Position numbers and translations under genes: made by a program
The notes under the pieces: generated by a model
What the model was told of the DNA's origin: nothing
The model's input: only the letters and a program-made list of their open reading frames with translations
The model's database searches: none
Part shown: one piece after another, positions 10,383-24,050 of the stretch
Position numbering within the stretch: position 1 is the first letter of the stretch
Layout: the number at the start of each line of letters is the position of its first letter
From: Marsupella aquatica
Taxonomy: Eukaryota > Plantae > Marchantiophyta
Assembly: GCA_973895155.1 (NCBI GenBank)
Contig: OZ316895.1
Coordinates: 15,444,816-15,508,815, forward strand
Reading direction: 5' to 3'
DNA: 64,000 nucleotides

Positions 10383-12711
10383 CTACATATTCCTACAAGA
10401 CCTGGACAGCATGCACACATATATATAGAGAAGAGCCAAAAAGGACTCCCATACCAGAAGATGACTGCTAAGAATTGGAGGGGGACGCCGTGGCAAAACA
10501 GGCAATTTCGTTGGCCTCCCTGAACCAGAGCCCGCTACCCTCAAGCCTTCCAATGTCAATGCCTGTCGAATAAAAAAGTGAAGTCCATAGGACAAGGTGA
10601 GTTTTAAGAGAACACAACCCTAGGGAAAACAATTTACCCAACTCGCGCAAACGATCACTCAATACGAAGGACAGGGTGAGCCTCCCTTCCATGGGTGAGT
10701 ACCTCTAGTGTCCGCTTCCGTTCAGTATACTGAAGGCCCCATCCGTCATGTGAGAACCTGGCAACTGCCTCCGCCCTTCTTTTTCCACTCCTATCGGCAG
10801 ACTTCAACGTTGGTGGCCTGTAAACTATTCCCCCTTGGATGACACCTCGGTCGTCACCTCCCATCACTGCAATATTTGATGACAACCCTATTCCCCTACT
10901 TCTTGTCCGCCCTCGGAACCGACTTCTTTCTTCTGTCTCACTCGCACCATAGATTACTCCACCTTCTGTCATGTCTGAGATGTTCTGTCCGCTAATAGTA
11001 AGTCTGCTTAAATGGCTGCCGGTGTTAATCAATGCCACTAATCCACTGCTCCCATGACGTCGTCCTTGAGTATCATCAGAATGATCATCATGTCCAATGC
11101 TGATATTGGGAGACCCTGTGTGATAACCCGGTGAGCTGAAGCTGTGTGTTGTATCACCCAAACGGTCTCCTTTCATGTTTGTGACCATCGCTTCATCGCT
11201 TTGTTCCATATTAATTGGAGGGGGTAGTAATCGGAGGCGGAAAGTTGGGTGCTTTATGGTGCGGATTCCCTGGTCAGACAATTGAGTCAATAATTATAGT
11301 GATCAGGATTAAGACAAGCAAAGCATAAAGCTGAAGTTGATCAAATTCAGAGCATGACGCCATCAGATTGTTATACACGTGCCTGCCATAACCAGTTTGG
11401 GATCACATAAGGTATTTCAATGTCTCCTCGGAAAGCTTCCACGAATTGTGACTCCTCTCGAGAAATTTCTCCTGATTTCTGAAAGCTACAGAATTCTCCC
11501 GCTGAAGTCGAAAGATTCCAACTCTGAAGTTTACGAAAGCACATCACCTGTCCACCCGTCCGCAAATCAGCTCAATTCAAATTACCACCGCAGACCTTTT
11601 GTACATCAAAGGAGAAGGAGAACAAGCATTCAGCCTCTGATGACAAGGCTAGGAACAAACAATTTTTCTTTGGGCCCTTCTCAGAAGTTTCGCAATTTCA
11701 TTCGGGCAAACAAAAACAACGGGAGGCTTTGAAGAGCTTACCACAAGTCCAGTCACGTGAGTACCATCCAGACAATGAAGGTACAGTGGAAAGTTCTCCG
11801 GACGGATCATAATTTGTAAAATTTGTAGAACTTTAGCTGTTGACAGAGTTACTTCATCCTGCAACATAACCCAACCCCACCCCAGTCTTCCCCCATCATG
11901 AGCTGGCAAGCGCTTCAAAATCAGAAGAGGTGTATAATCTAAATTTTGAAGTGGTGTCTGTACATAGAGGAGATGTGTACGTAGGAAGGTAAGATCTGTC
12001 TTTGACCACATTCTTCAGTCCCTGATGCCTAGTCGGAAAAAGAAGTCTAGAGGAGTTACCGCAAGCATCTGGCCAATTGGCTAAATATACGATGTCGAAT
12101 CCAATTTCCTTCTGCAGACCAATGGGGGAGAAGAGACAACTGTATATCTACCTGCCTGCCTCACCTGAAACTTATCCACATAAAAATGTTTGTTTGTGAT
12201 CCCCTCGTGCTCACAGAAATTTCGCATATCTCGATTAGGGTGTGGCTCCGGAGTCATCGACACAATAGTCTTAAGATGCAGCCTCCGTAGAAAACGGTAA
12301 TTCTTCAGGGTTGGATAAGACCCTCTGAAGTGAACCACACCAAAACACACCAAAAAACCCCAGCATTTGGTAAGGACAGCCCAAGCCTCCAATTCACACA
12401 AGAATTCTTGTAGGAAAAGAACTACATCGACATAAACCCTTGTCCCCAAGATCTCTTCACACACAGTGACCAAAACATATGCTACAACCCAAAGCCCCAA
12501 CATCGTAACCACATTCACACTGTAGCTGTGTAGCTGCTGGCACGTTAGATTTCCGAACAGCTCTGAGATGAAGAAAGAATGCATCCATGCATCTGAAAAG
12601 GGAAATCATTCATTCCGTGAGCAAGGCAGGGCAAGGCAAGGTTAACCTGTACACAAACTCCTCCACAATTGTGTAACGGAAAGGAGGGATGAGCTGAGGC
12701 AGCATCGCCAT
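10383..12711 (-). CDS. PFA-DSP / Siw14-family atypical dual-specificity phosphatase, OCA6-like, probably catalytically inactive
   Basis: Spliced model (minus): 12711-12647, 12324-12165, 11858-11742, 11547-11383, 11269-10703, 10562-10383. Protein: MAMLPQLIPPFRYTIVEEFVYRGSYPTLKNYRFLRRLHLKTIVSMTPEP...PLYLHCLDGTHVTGLVVMCFRKLQSWNLS...EF...IPNWLWQGIR..HPT...RTLEALTLEGL. The LIPPxRY..VE..VYRGxYP and HCxxG motifs are typical of Y_phosphatase2. Intron 4 needs a GC donor. Confidence 0.85.
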
Positions 12712-13524
12712 GACTGCAGCCTTCGTTCTATCCTCTTGTCAAAGCCTTAATCATGCCGATCAACTCCATCTCTATGGGTGAAACCACACAACTCAGCAGT
12801 AGACCGACCCCCAAGAATCACAAGACCACGAAGAAGCCCATGGAGGAGGCGGACATCAAAAGCAAGGCACCAAAGTGGATCAGGTGAAGTGTGAGCAAAT
12901 TTTTATTTCTTGATTTTAAATTTGAGGTTTATTCCGGAAGAACCCCGTGGATGGAGCTAGTAGGCCGAGAACGGTAGAAAGGCCCAGAACGGCAAGCAAT
13001 AGAGACCAAAGTCAGAGACCAGGGAAGCATCCCACAGCAGGAACCCATCGTGAAGAAAGGAGAGACCCGGCACCCATACGAAGCACAGTGGAGTCAGTAA
13101 TCTACGAAGCACAAAGCCAGAGCCCCATCAAACAGCCCAACCCCTTCCAGATTTATGTCGCAGGTAGCGATTTAGAGTAGGGGACCTTGGACGAGAACCC
13201 GGTGCGTTAATTAAGGTCGTGAGGGTTGTATTTTGCTTTTTGGGGCTTTAGGCAGCTGCCAGGTTAGCACTTTTGGCCTTGATGATGATATCTCATTAAA
13301 AAATAACTGTATATTTATTCGGTCTTCCGTCTGCAATCTGACGGCTTTTTCTCCTGGGATAGATACTTATGGAGAGTGTTTGGGACAACGGTTTCAAATT
13401 CAAAATCTAGATAAACTGAGTCTTATAATGAAAAATTTAAAATCCAGATAAACTGAGTCTTGTAATGAAAGATGAAAATACTCAGAGAACTTTAATATAT
13501 CAATGTTTCTGATCTTAACGAACA

Positions 13525-13627
13525 GGTAAAGAACGGGGCTAATCCCTTAATGGGATAAAAAATATCCCATATATAGGGTCACCTTTATATCCCATTAAGG
13601 GATAGCCCTGGTCCTTAATCGTACACC
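13525..13627. repeat. Small hairpin/MITE-like inverted repeat; adjacent 41 bp tandem duplication at ~13403-13470
   Basis: ggggctaatcccttaatgggataaaa vs tttatatcccattaagggatagccc; aaaatc(t/c)agataaactgagtctt(a/g)taatgaaa x2 upstream. Confidence 0.55.
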
Positions 13628-15571
13628 TAATTCACTCCCATCTGTTGTTTTGGAGAATATTGAAAGCTGCATCCAGTCATCAACACAAATTCTATTCTGA
13701 AGGAGCCCAGTCATCAACATAAGTTGGATACTGAAGGAGCCAAGCTAGGCATTAGGATCTCATTTTGTGTTTTGGGCAGGTGGCACTTATGGCTTGGTTA
13801 GAAGCCTCCTCATAGCAAATGTTTGTAGGGTCGCATTATGACTCTTAGATCTATGTATGATCAAATCTGACTATTTATTTTGGCCAATAATAAATTAATT
13901 AAAAACTCTTTTAGCATTTGGCAACTCACTGGCCCTAGGAGGAAGTGTCCTAAGGTCCAACTCGCATGTGCGAGGCCTTCTGTTTTCCGGCCCTAAGCAC
14001 TCCCTCAATGTTCAGATGAAAGCAGATCTCTTTGTCCAATAGTATCTTCTCCCTACTACTTTGTTTCACTACATGTGTCCCGAAGCTTTTGTTTTATTCC
14101 AAAGTCCCTTGCCCTCGGGACCCCAAAATCTTGCCGTCAGGCCTGGTGCATGAGGGGTTGCTGCCAAAAAGGTCTCGGTCATACACATCCTCACACAACT
14201 CCAGTTGAGGGCTGCATTTTGAAGGACCTTTGCACAGGTGAGTTGGGCCAAAAATTCTGAAGAGGGTGTGGATCTAAGGAGATTCTTGACTATCGGAGGT
14301 TCAAATCTCTTGGGTCTTAGGACACACCTGGGTGTCTGGATCTCTCGTGAGGAGGGCACCAGCTGTTGAGGAGAACTTATCTGGTTGAGTGTGCTAATAC
14401 CCACTTACTCCTCAAGGTTTCCAAACATTCTATTTGCCATAGGTGGGTAACCAAATGTTGCAATCGGAATAAGGATGAAATGAAGGTAGCACTCAAGAGA
14501 TATTGCGAGGTCTAAATTATTTGTCTTAAAATTAAAAAGTGTAGAGTTTCAAAGTGGCAACAGTGGAAAGAATTTCAAAAATGACAAAAGTGGACTCTTG
14601 TCTTCCATTGACAATTGATTAGTTATGCCTTAATTAAATAAATTCTTTGATACTCTTTGATAAAATCGTAGGTAGGGGGATCTCAATCCACGTCAAATTT
14701 AGTACTCAACTTTCCTTCAAGTACAGTAGAATGCGGATCATGCCTTACCAAGTGGGGCCACACTAAAACCATCAAAATACTTGTACCTGTTCTCACCTTT
14801 CATTTGCGCTCCGTAACACCTGTGTATTTCTGCTGAGAGCTGTGAGCTTTAGCAAACCAAGTCATCTAGGATGGGATCTCCATCCAATCCTAGTAAGTTT
14901 CAGATGCTCCTTGTATACATCAGGTTTTTTTTCCTCTAAGTACATGTTATCTTTAAAGTGCATGTTTCCATTAAATCCCATGCAACGGTGAGAATCAATC
15001 TCATGTCAAATGTGTGTTTTCATAAATCCCCTGCAGCTTATAGCTCTCAGGAAGCCAGAATGCACCTCACGAGATTTCAATGAAAATCTACGCAACAGTT
15101 CTGATGTGTTGCGCCATCGACTTTCACTAGAGAACAAGTGCCAAATTCATGTCATAGGTAATACAGTACAAGAGAGGATACGGAAACGGAATTTGAAAAG
15201 TGAATATTTAAGGGAAACAGGTTAAGGACACATGCGTATAGCCTCCCTACTGAACGTGTCCATGTACTCTGGGAAAATATCAAACGAGACCTTCATCATC
15301 GATATTGAAAACTTTTGTACAGGCCATTACACTAGTATCCTCGTCCATGTTTCTGGACATTTACCATTTTCTAAAAAGATATACCAATATATGTTACAAC
15401 GTGGAAGGAGAGCTGCACCACTGCCTCAAATTGCTTTCATAAAAGCCCAGTAACATTTGCCTACTGTGAGATCCATTTGCCATGTGTGCAGATCCCATCT
15501 CACAAGCCAACCAACTCATCATCCTTGCAGCCTCCACTGCACCAACTTGCTTAGACAACAGCTGACCGTGA

Positions 15572-18500
15572 TTAAGTCTCTCCTTTAGATTCCCAACGGT
15601 TCCACCAGATGTTCTTTCTCTTCCTTCCTTCTCCATCGCTGCTATTGCTCGTGTCCAAAGGCGAGCCAATAGTTTGAGTCGCTTTCCTCTGGACTCGCAG
15701 GGCAGCAGCCAAAGCATTTCTTTGAAAGGTAGCTTTCTGTTTCGGTTCACTCTTCTGCAATACCAGAAAGTTGAAGTCACGAGTCAGAATCAAAGCCTAG
15801 CCATCACTTCTAATACGCAGTTTCCGACAAAGTGCCAACGGACATCTAAAATAATTTTAACATTCTAAAGGCGACGTATCAAGAGAACCACATCTCTGCA
15901 GCACAGGAAAAACTGTTTCGATAACATCTAAGGTTGTCCAGATTGAATCAGAGTCTGAAAGCAAAGAAAAGATACTCTAGAAAAGTTATAAGCTGGAGCA
16001 CATATTGGTGCACAGCCTGAATGGAATCACAACGTATGACTTCAAAGTTTAAAAACACAATGTATAAATAAAATATATATGTCTAAACAGATTATAAATA
16101 GTATTACTGGAGCACATTGACGCAGTTACAAACAGTGTTTGATGCCAGCCTGACTTTAATTTCCTTCCAGCCCACCTCTCATGCTGTCAGGACTTTAATT
16201 TCCTGCAGCACAAGATTGGGGCAAAAACGTTTCAAAACCTTTCATTTGTGGGGATGGATATTACCCTTAGCTTCTGAATATCAGCTTCCGTGAAGCCACC
16301 CACGTCCTTAGTGCCAGACTTGGCCATGAGATTCTGTATCCATGCAAATGCTTCCCCACTGTCCTGAAATCTTGCACGCAGTAACTGGAGCCGCAGCGTT
16401 TGGAGGAGAGTTGTCCCCAACAAGCCGTCTCTCACAAAATACGGATGGGCCAGAGCTTGCTTGGCACTAATCCTCCGACGGCCTTTGAACCGGATCATGC
16501 TTTGGAGGAGCTCCCATCCCACTCCGCCATCCATGTCAAGAATCTCAAACCCACGCCTCATTTCAGCACTGGCACGGGGCACATTGTTCGCCCGCCACAC
16601 CGCTAAGTTGTAATCACAGCGCTTCAGCTGACGGTTGAAGGTAATTAGGGCACTGTCACTCCTCAAATTTGGAAAAGCCTGAAAGAGCCACATCGGTTTA
16701 AGTGACTACTTCAAAATTCCTCTTGTCGCTGCTGTAGCATCATGACTACAGTACAGCTCCAGATGCCACAAAGAAAATCGGATCGAGGCATTTGATACTT
16801 TTGATCTAAGAGGCTACAATGCGAGCAAAGGAAATAAAATCCAGGCAGTTCATACTTTTGGTCTAATAGACTAAAATGCAAACAAAAGAAATGGAATCCA
16901 GGCAGTTCATACTACTATTCGAGAAGACTACAATCCAACCAAAGGAAATAGAATCCCGGCAGTTCAAACTTTTGATCTAAGAGACTAAAATGAGAATAAA
17001 GGAAATAGAATCCAGGCACGTGATACTTTTCGTCTAAGAGACTAAAATGCCAACAGCACTGAGTACTTTTACAAACGACCAAATAGGGATCGACACTGTC
17101 AGTGCAGAAAGACACAAATTGAAGCCTTACCATCTGCAGGAAAATCAGACCTGAGCTGTAGACGTCGAATCGGTCAGGTACATTCATCTGAGAACGTTTG
17201 ACACCACCACCAGAACCGTGTATTAGATTCCGAGTTTCAGGCCTGGCTCCCACACAGAAGTTTGATCAAATATCTGATAGGTAAGCAACAAATAAAAAAC
17301 CTGCGAAGTTCATGAGTTCACCTGCCACAACACAGGTGACAGCGCAGTGGCTACAGCTGGAGGCGGTGCTGAGGGAGTCTGTGTGCTCATGATGTACTGC
17401 TCAGGCGCTGCATACCTGCAAGATACTATCACATGAATACGGTTAGCCATATGGGTTCTTACCTCCATACTCGTTACCCTCTAGAAACCATGAACATACC
17501 TCGGTCAGGTCTTATACAGAGATGATAAGATACCAACAATACCACCCTTGGCCTTGGCCGGTCCTCGCTAAAGAGCCAGGAATCCATTTCAGGATTACTT
17601 ACAATTGTTGATTTAATTTAGGCAAGACGTTTTCCCATTTTTAAAAATTTTTTTCTTTCTATTTCTAAATCCACAAGAGTCCCAATTCGGCCAGCCACCC
17701 CAAACCACTGACCCCATCCAATGACTGAAGGAGGAATCGCACGCCTCGTCACTACCTAGGATCAGGGTTTAAAATGGAAAGGAAGTCATGCTAACTGTAG
17801 CAACTCTGACAACTCGAGATATCCTGAGTGGTCACTTCCCATTCAAACTCTTGCCATCTTTCGTAGTTTACACTCCAAAGTAAATTCGAAAAGCTAAAGA
17901 ATTTTTCTGAGTTACAATCATAATAACTAGAAAATATCTGTAATTTTCACCTACCGAGATCAGGCCGAAGCTTCTGAGAGCCCATGCGTATCAAGTTCAG
18001 CCAACAACGAAGGAAATTCTTAACGATAAGTGAAATGGCAATGTGAACAGACCGGGGATCCAATAAAAACTCGTTTGGCACGTAGTTGATGCCCACTCGC
18101 AAGTCAGCAGCAGCACCAAGGTCAATAATCTTGAAAGTTCTTTTTTCTGCAACAAACATGGACTACAAAGTCATTAGTATAAAATCCTTCGAAAATGTCC
18201 AGTCAACAGGAACTTTTGTTCACAATTCATCTTTTAGGCTTAGTACCTTGAGAAAATATTATATTCTGGGGTTTTATGTCTCGATGAATGATCCCAGTCG
18301 AATGAAGACTTTGCACACTTTTTAATATTTGGCGCATTAAGGTCCTGATGATTCTGTTTTCTCGTTCCGGACCCTTGGGTAGTTCAGTTACTTCTCCAAA
18401 GAGAAGCTTCTCAACCTGATCATCGAAAGCCATCAGGTCAATTTAGGCGTGTAACACTCCATGCGATAATAAGAAAGTCAATAAGGTCCAATAAGAGGTA

Positions 18501-20022
18501 GCATGTGCCGACCAGTGCAGAGTTACGGATTCTAACTCGCAAATGGCTTTCGAATTGGTCAAACAACAAACCTTGCAAAACGAGCTTACATCATTCAATA
18601 CTCATTGCAACTACGCAACGCTACCAGAAAAGGATGTGATTACATTGTATGGAAAGCTTTTGTCGCTCATGAGATTGTCTAAGGTTGCATCACCCTCATA
18701 CCGCCAGACAAGCCAAAACTCATCCTTTCCTTTCCCCGAATTCTGCGCCATACACCAATTGCATAAGAAATATGTGAGATGAGAAATCCAATCCCCAAAA
18801 GCTACGCATCAAACTCTGCAGTACTTCCGCTGGCAAGATGTACATGTCAGAAAGTTTCTAAGGAAGTGTCTCCTGAATCTTAGTATACCTCACGGAACCC
18901 GCTGATAAAGTCGGCACAGCTGCCACTGCACGCCCTGCGGACACGCTCGTTCATCCATACCTCCACCGCCCCATATTCAAGTGCTTTCTTCACCACCAAA
19001 TTCTGGTTCTGGAGGTTGGAGAGACACGTTTAACCTCATTAAAACTGTCTCTTCCAAGTCCATGAAGCAAAGTCTACACTAGTTATGCGAAATTTTGCAT
19101 ATATAGATGACAAAACCCCGAATTCTCCGTGCCTCCTTATAAATTTGGAGAAAGAACAACTGGCAGCTCTTCATGAAGTGATACTGACTTTCTCGTATCT
19201 TGCTGGACAGCAATCTCTACCTTTCCTGCCTGCTTCTTCGCGAAAGTAGCTCTGTATACCGTCCCGAAAGCACCTTCTCCAAGTTTTTTCCCCAATGTGA
19301 AGTCCTCCTGTACCACAAGAGGAGAATGATTTCTCACGCGACTAGGAGAAGAGAATATGGACATAGCAGAACATGGCGAACAAATTGACGGTCCAAATTG
19401 ACAGGGCACAGAGTTAACAGAAAGCAAAGACGATGCCGAATCAAACAGTCCACGCCTGTGACAGTAAGCACATGAATCATCTACCAATACAGGAAGAAGA
19501 ACCGATTTCGCTCTAGTACCCATAACTCTTTACCTTCTTGTAGCTCGGGCGAATGAATTGCTCCAATTTGGCTAAGACAAACATGTCCCAGAATCCAGGA
19601 GCTACGCCGGGCTGAGCCCATAAATAGGTCGCCACCAACAGTGACAGCAGCACGCCCGGTGCTGTCAAAATCAACCCCTGCTTGGGCAGCGTGCTCCGGT
19701 AGACCACGTCTCCGCAATCCATCACCTGGCAGGGCAATCCCACTCCCACTCCCAGCACCAACCCATGATGCAGATTGTGCAATCCCTCAACGACCTCATG
19801 CAATCCTACTCCAACCTGACTCCTACAACCCGTCCATGTGCTCCTCCTCTGCTGTTGAAGCAGCTGACGCTGAAGCTCCTGCTGCCGAAAGTTTCGCCTT
19901 GTTATAAACCCATCACTCCAATAATTCTTGCTGCTGCTGCTCCTCTTAAACACGAATCCTGCTTGGGCACACGGTACAATTCCCAGCCCAATCTGCTGCA
20001 ATACGGCCATTCCCACTAGCAT
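15572..20022 (-). CDS. STN7: Chloroplast thylakoid state-transition Ser/Thr kinase STN7/Stt7
   Basis: Exons (minus): 20022(or 20010)-19534, 19307-19221, 19008-18889, 18742-18644, 18415-18247, 18146-18053, 17415-17322, 17187-17131, 16678-16265, 15754-15572; all GT-AG. Transit peptide, lumenal Cys pair [11 protein letters not shown] helix, [65 protein letters not shown]-terminal RNALAAALR...WWNRW. Confidence 0.95.
16790..17052. repeat. Intronic minisatellite (~50-62 bp unit, 4-5 copies) in an STN7 intron
   Basis: aaggaaatagaatccaggcagttcatacttttg(g/a)tctaa(g/t)agactaaaatg recurs at ~16829, 16886, 16942 and 16999. Confidence 0.8.
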
Positions 20023-23009
20023 TGCCAACGATCCTTTGTAGTTCTCAGACTCGCCCACCGACCCTGCATTTCATCTCGATTCACCACCCTCTCTCACTCC
20101 CAGTCATGTCATGTGCAGCCATCCGCTCTTCAACCATAGTCAAATCCAGTGGAGATGATGATTTGAGTGTTCTTATCTACTAGTTCTTCCCTCTGCTCTC
20201 TCTGATCTCTGTGCTCATCTCCACCTCGTGATTATTGTTTCCTCCTCTCCAAGCTACAGTGCTGTGTCGTATGAGCAGGAGAAGGGCATGGCGTCGTGTG
20301 GAGGGACTGATCGAGGGGGGCAGTCGGGTGGGTCTAGTCAGCGTCACTCCCCTCTCTCTGGCTCTGCTTTGCTTGCCACTGCATATATCGGCTTTTGATT
20401 AGAGGATCCAGGATTCAAAGCACCGTATCAAAATAGCTGGCCTCGGATTCAGCGGCCAATCCAGCACACCCCACTTGGGGCAAATTGAAAGGACTGAGAG
20501 AGTGGGGGGATCTACCTTTCCCATTGGTTGACATTATAATACAGTTGATCTCTTAATTAAATCACCACTGTGTCAATATAAAAGGAGAAGTGTCCAAAAC
20601 TTTTCACTTAACTTTTCACTTTATCACAGTTCTCTCTTTTAGAGTGGGACTTTGCTCCACAATTGAAAAATTAATTAAAAATGGTGAAACCTGGTGGATC
20701 CACGTTTTGACATGGGCTGTGGAACTTTAAGTGCAAAATCCATAAATGCAGGATCTGGATAACTTCAAGGCATCACCTTCTTCCTTTTTATTTTACACCG
20801 AGTTGCTCCGTTTGAAGTGACGGGCAACTTGCCGAGTTGTCGGGCATGTCAACTTGTCACTTGCCGGGCGGAAATCAATCCAAATGTTGGATATTCCCCA
20901 TTATTCCCCAGACCCAGCCCGGCCGAGGTTGGGCCGGGCCGGGTGAAGTAACACAGGGCTGCCGGGAGGGCAGGGCCAAGTCAGGTCGGGCCATGCCAGG
21001 AGTGATGCTGGGAGCTGCAGGGAAGGACCGGCTCAGACCGGGAAGTCGAGATTGGGCAGCCGGGACAGTCCGGGTGATGAGTTGTCGGTTGACAGACTCT
21101 AAAGCCTCTATTTGTCAGACAAGTCCAAACCGGGCTGAGTTGGCACTTCTTTTTGCATGTTTTGCAAGTGCCAAAAGGACTGAAATATTTTGGGGGAATG
21201 CCAACTTTATAAGTGCAAAGGCCCTTGATAGATGCACAATTATAGTTTTTGGTAACCCACACAATCCCATCAAATTGCATTTACTAGTAAGTGCACATTC
21301 TTTATTTAGAGAGTAAAAAACACACACTTGTCAAGCGGGACCTGGGATGTAGAATTTGGAGTGCAAGTCACGAATTAGTCACTGACGGAGGGTGCACTCT
21401 TATCAATAAAATGCACAATTCTGTGGGTTTGCAATTACCACGTAGTGCAAACCTTGTTGAGTGCATACTAGATGCTTCTTCTTGATAAGTGCAAACACCT
21501 ATACAATGCACACTGAATGCTTCTTCCCTGGAGTGTGTGCTTAGAAAGAGTTAATTGTAACTAAACTGCCCCCTACTATATGAAATTTCCAGTACCATGA
21601 AAGGGTTCACTAATGTTTTCCATAAAGTAGCACATCACTGGTGAGTGGCCTTTCTTTCTAAAACTGAATGTGAAATTAGGTTTAGGGCTGTCTTGCATGT
21701 GCAAGAGTCCTTTACAAAGCGGCCCTTACTTGCCCACAAAACATTGGAAAAAGTGTATGACCAAATCAAAGCACAATCCTCCAAGGCAATATGTGCCATG
21801 CTCCCACTGAGTAGGGTTTCCTCCTTTGTCATTAGCACTGTATTTTTGTAGTTTATGAATTTGAAAGGTTGGGACTGTGAAGGGCCAGAAAGTTTCTGGC
21901 CCTTGCCCTTGAAAAAACTGAATTTCTGCTGTGAGGGCTGGCACACGAGGAGGGTGAGGCAGGAAAGGCTCGAAGAGTAAGCATGTGCCACCTGATCACT
22001 TAAAGGGTCAATAATTTGGGGACCGTCACATGCAAGATGGCCCTTAGTCTCCTGGTAGTGCACAGGGTGAAACTAGAGGCAGCACTCAATTTGGCTATTG
22101 GGAGGTCACAAAATGTTTCTCACCTTCAGTTCTCCTCAAACCCATGTGGGAAGGTTGTTGTGTTCACGTTGCTGGCCATTGCATCTCACCCTGAGTTTCC
22201 ATAATTTTAATTTTGGTGGGGGAAGGCTTAATAGTAAGAGACCTATTGGCCGTCAGTGGTTTCATTGGTACTATTGGCCCCTAGATCTACCAAGAACTCT
22301 ACTCTGGGGGTTCTTTTTTAGTGTGATAAGATGATTCACCAAATGTATTCTAAGAGATCCACTACAAAGGCACAAAGAACACAACCCAAGGGGCAGAAAG
22401 GAGACAGGCTTCTGCAGCAACTAAACCCGTATCCAAAGAAACTCCAGGCACTTAATTAAGACTAGGTGTGGCCTGAGAGGGAGTCCTAGTCAACCACCTC
22501 AAAATGGAAAATAAGGATGGACAACAATTAAGGCTTCCCATGCCACTGATTCATCTGCACCTCCTCTACGATAAATAAATTAAGCCAGTTTGAGGGGGCA
22601 GAGAGAAACAACCTGGGTTTCTTGAGGTGGTGACCCTTTGCTGGCTGCTGGTCCACCATTGTGTAGAAATGACCCCTGTAGCCTTTTATACATTGGGGAA
22701 AAAGGAAATGTTGGGAGGGGAATGCAATTAAAATTAGCTGCCCCCCCCCCCCTTCAAAGACAAAAAACTTTGCTGCCTCCTCACCCCAAAAAATCCTTTC
22801 TCAACCCTCTGGCAAGATTAATGGGGGAATGAATTTTGTTAGCTTTGTCCCCTATTTTGGCGGTTTGTTTGTTTTACTCTTGAAAGGATTTTGATTGCCA
22901 AGTAAAATTATTTCATAACATGACCTACATTGTTCACTGCAATTAGTCTTGGTAATTATACTATTTGTGTAGCCTAAATTTGTGGGGTTTACTCTTCAAT
23001 TAATATTAC

Positions 23010-23400
23010 TAATTGTAATTATGGACTAACAATAATAGTGTATGCATTAAGTAACATTAGTGGAATATTAATTCCGGTTTTTGCAGAACACTAGCTACTT
23101 GGTGTAGAGTTAACTCGATCTTGGATTAAACTATGGTCAGTATGTTAACTAAGGTTTGCTCTAACCCTAGTTGAAGAGATTGCTCCTTATCTATTCAAGT
23201 TCTAAATGGTGTGAGAACACAAAAAGAGAGAGTTCTCAAGAGATAACTCTGAGCATAACGCAAGAGAGAAAAGCTTGGAGAAGAAGAGTTATGGTGATAC
23301 TTGAGTAGATACATAACCATTAATAAAGTCTCGTCTTCCTGTGGAAGTAGCCGACCTTGAGACAAACCACGTAACAACTGAGCAAGTGTATGCTTTGGAG
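23010..23400 (+). mobile_element. Degenerate solo-LTR-like relic
   Basis: tgtggaagtagccgaccttgagacaaaccacgta (~23340) resembles cgtggacgtagcctcatgtggaggtgaaccacgta in the copia LTRs at 42748-43095 and 62327-62670, preceded by a GA-rich tract and aataaag. Boundaries are uncertain. Confidence 0.35.
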
Positions 23401-24050
23401 TGTTTTCGTGATCTAAATTCTCCCCACAATTGGAGAATTGGGTAGCACTAATTCCATTTGTGGATAACACTATTTGGAGATTTTGAGTGGTGGACCTTAC
23501 CATCCAGTGCCCTTACCAATCCCAATACTCTTGCTAAGTACCCTTGGTGCCCGAACGCCTACATAAAAATCCATGAGCAAGCAACTTGGTGTTTCTATCA
23601 TTGCCTGTGGCAACTCCCATACAAAGCCGCACTTGCTCCTTAACACGACAGTTGCTCAACGGTCCTCATTGTCTGCATAGGCAACCAAACACATTGGTAA
23701 GTAACCCATCATGATCTAGGATCCCAAAGTCCATTGTCTTGTCTCAAACTCAATAGTTGTTAGTAAGTAGGTCAGCGGATAGAACTCGAACGAACTTCTT
23801 GTTGAGAAATTATCCCTGTTTCCGCTTGACATTTCTCTTTAGTGTTGCGACCGCTGTGACTCACAACTTGGGCTCGCCCTTGGCCCCTAGGGAGACACCA
23901 CTCCCCTCATATATGCTTTTGGAGACTTTGTCACCCTCGGACCAACTTTAGTCCCCTATATTTGGCCCTTAACTTGGACTCCAACCCAATCGCAAATAGT
24001 GGTATATACGGAGTACAAAGTAAAACTTGGATATAGGATTAAGGGGTCTA

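Noticed and set aside
14260-14430. B-box-like ggttcaaatctc suggesting a second SINE
   Set aside because: No clear A box, tail, TSD or second copy in the window.
20800-22340. GC-rich ccggg tract, repeated agtgca motifs and a 142-aa ORF containing CTC (SWIM-like?)
   Set aside because: Suggestive of a DNA-transposon relic, but no TIR pair, TSD or complete CxC..CxH motif was found.
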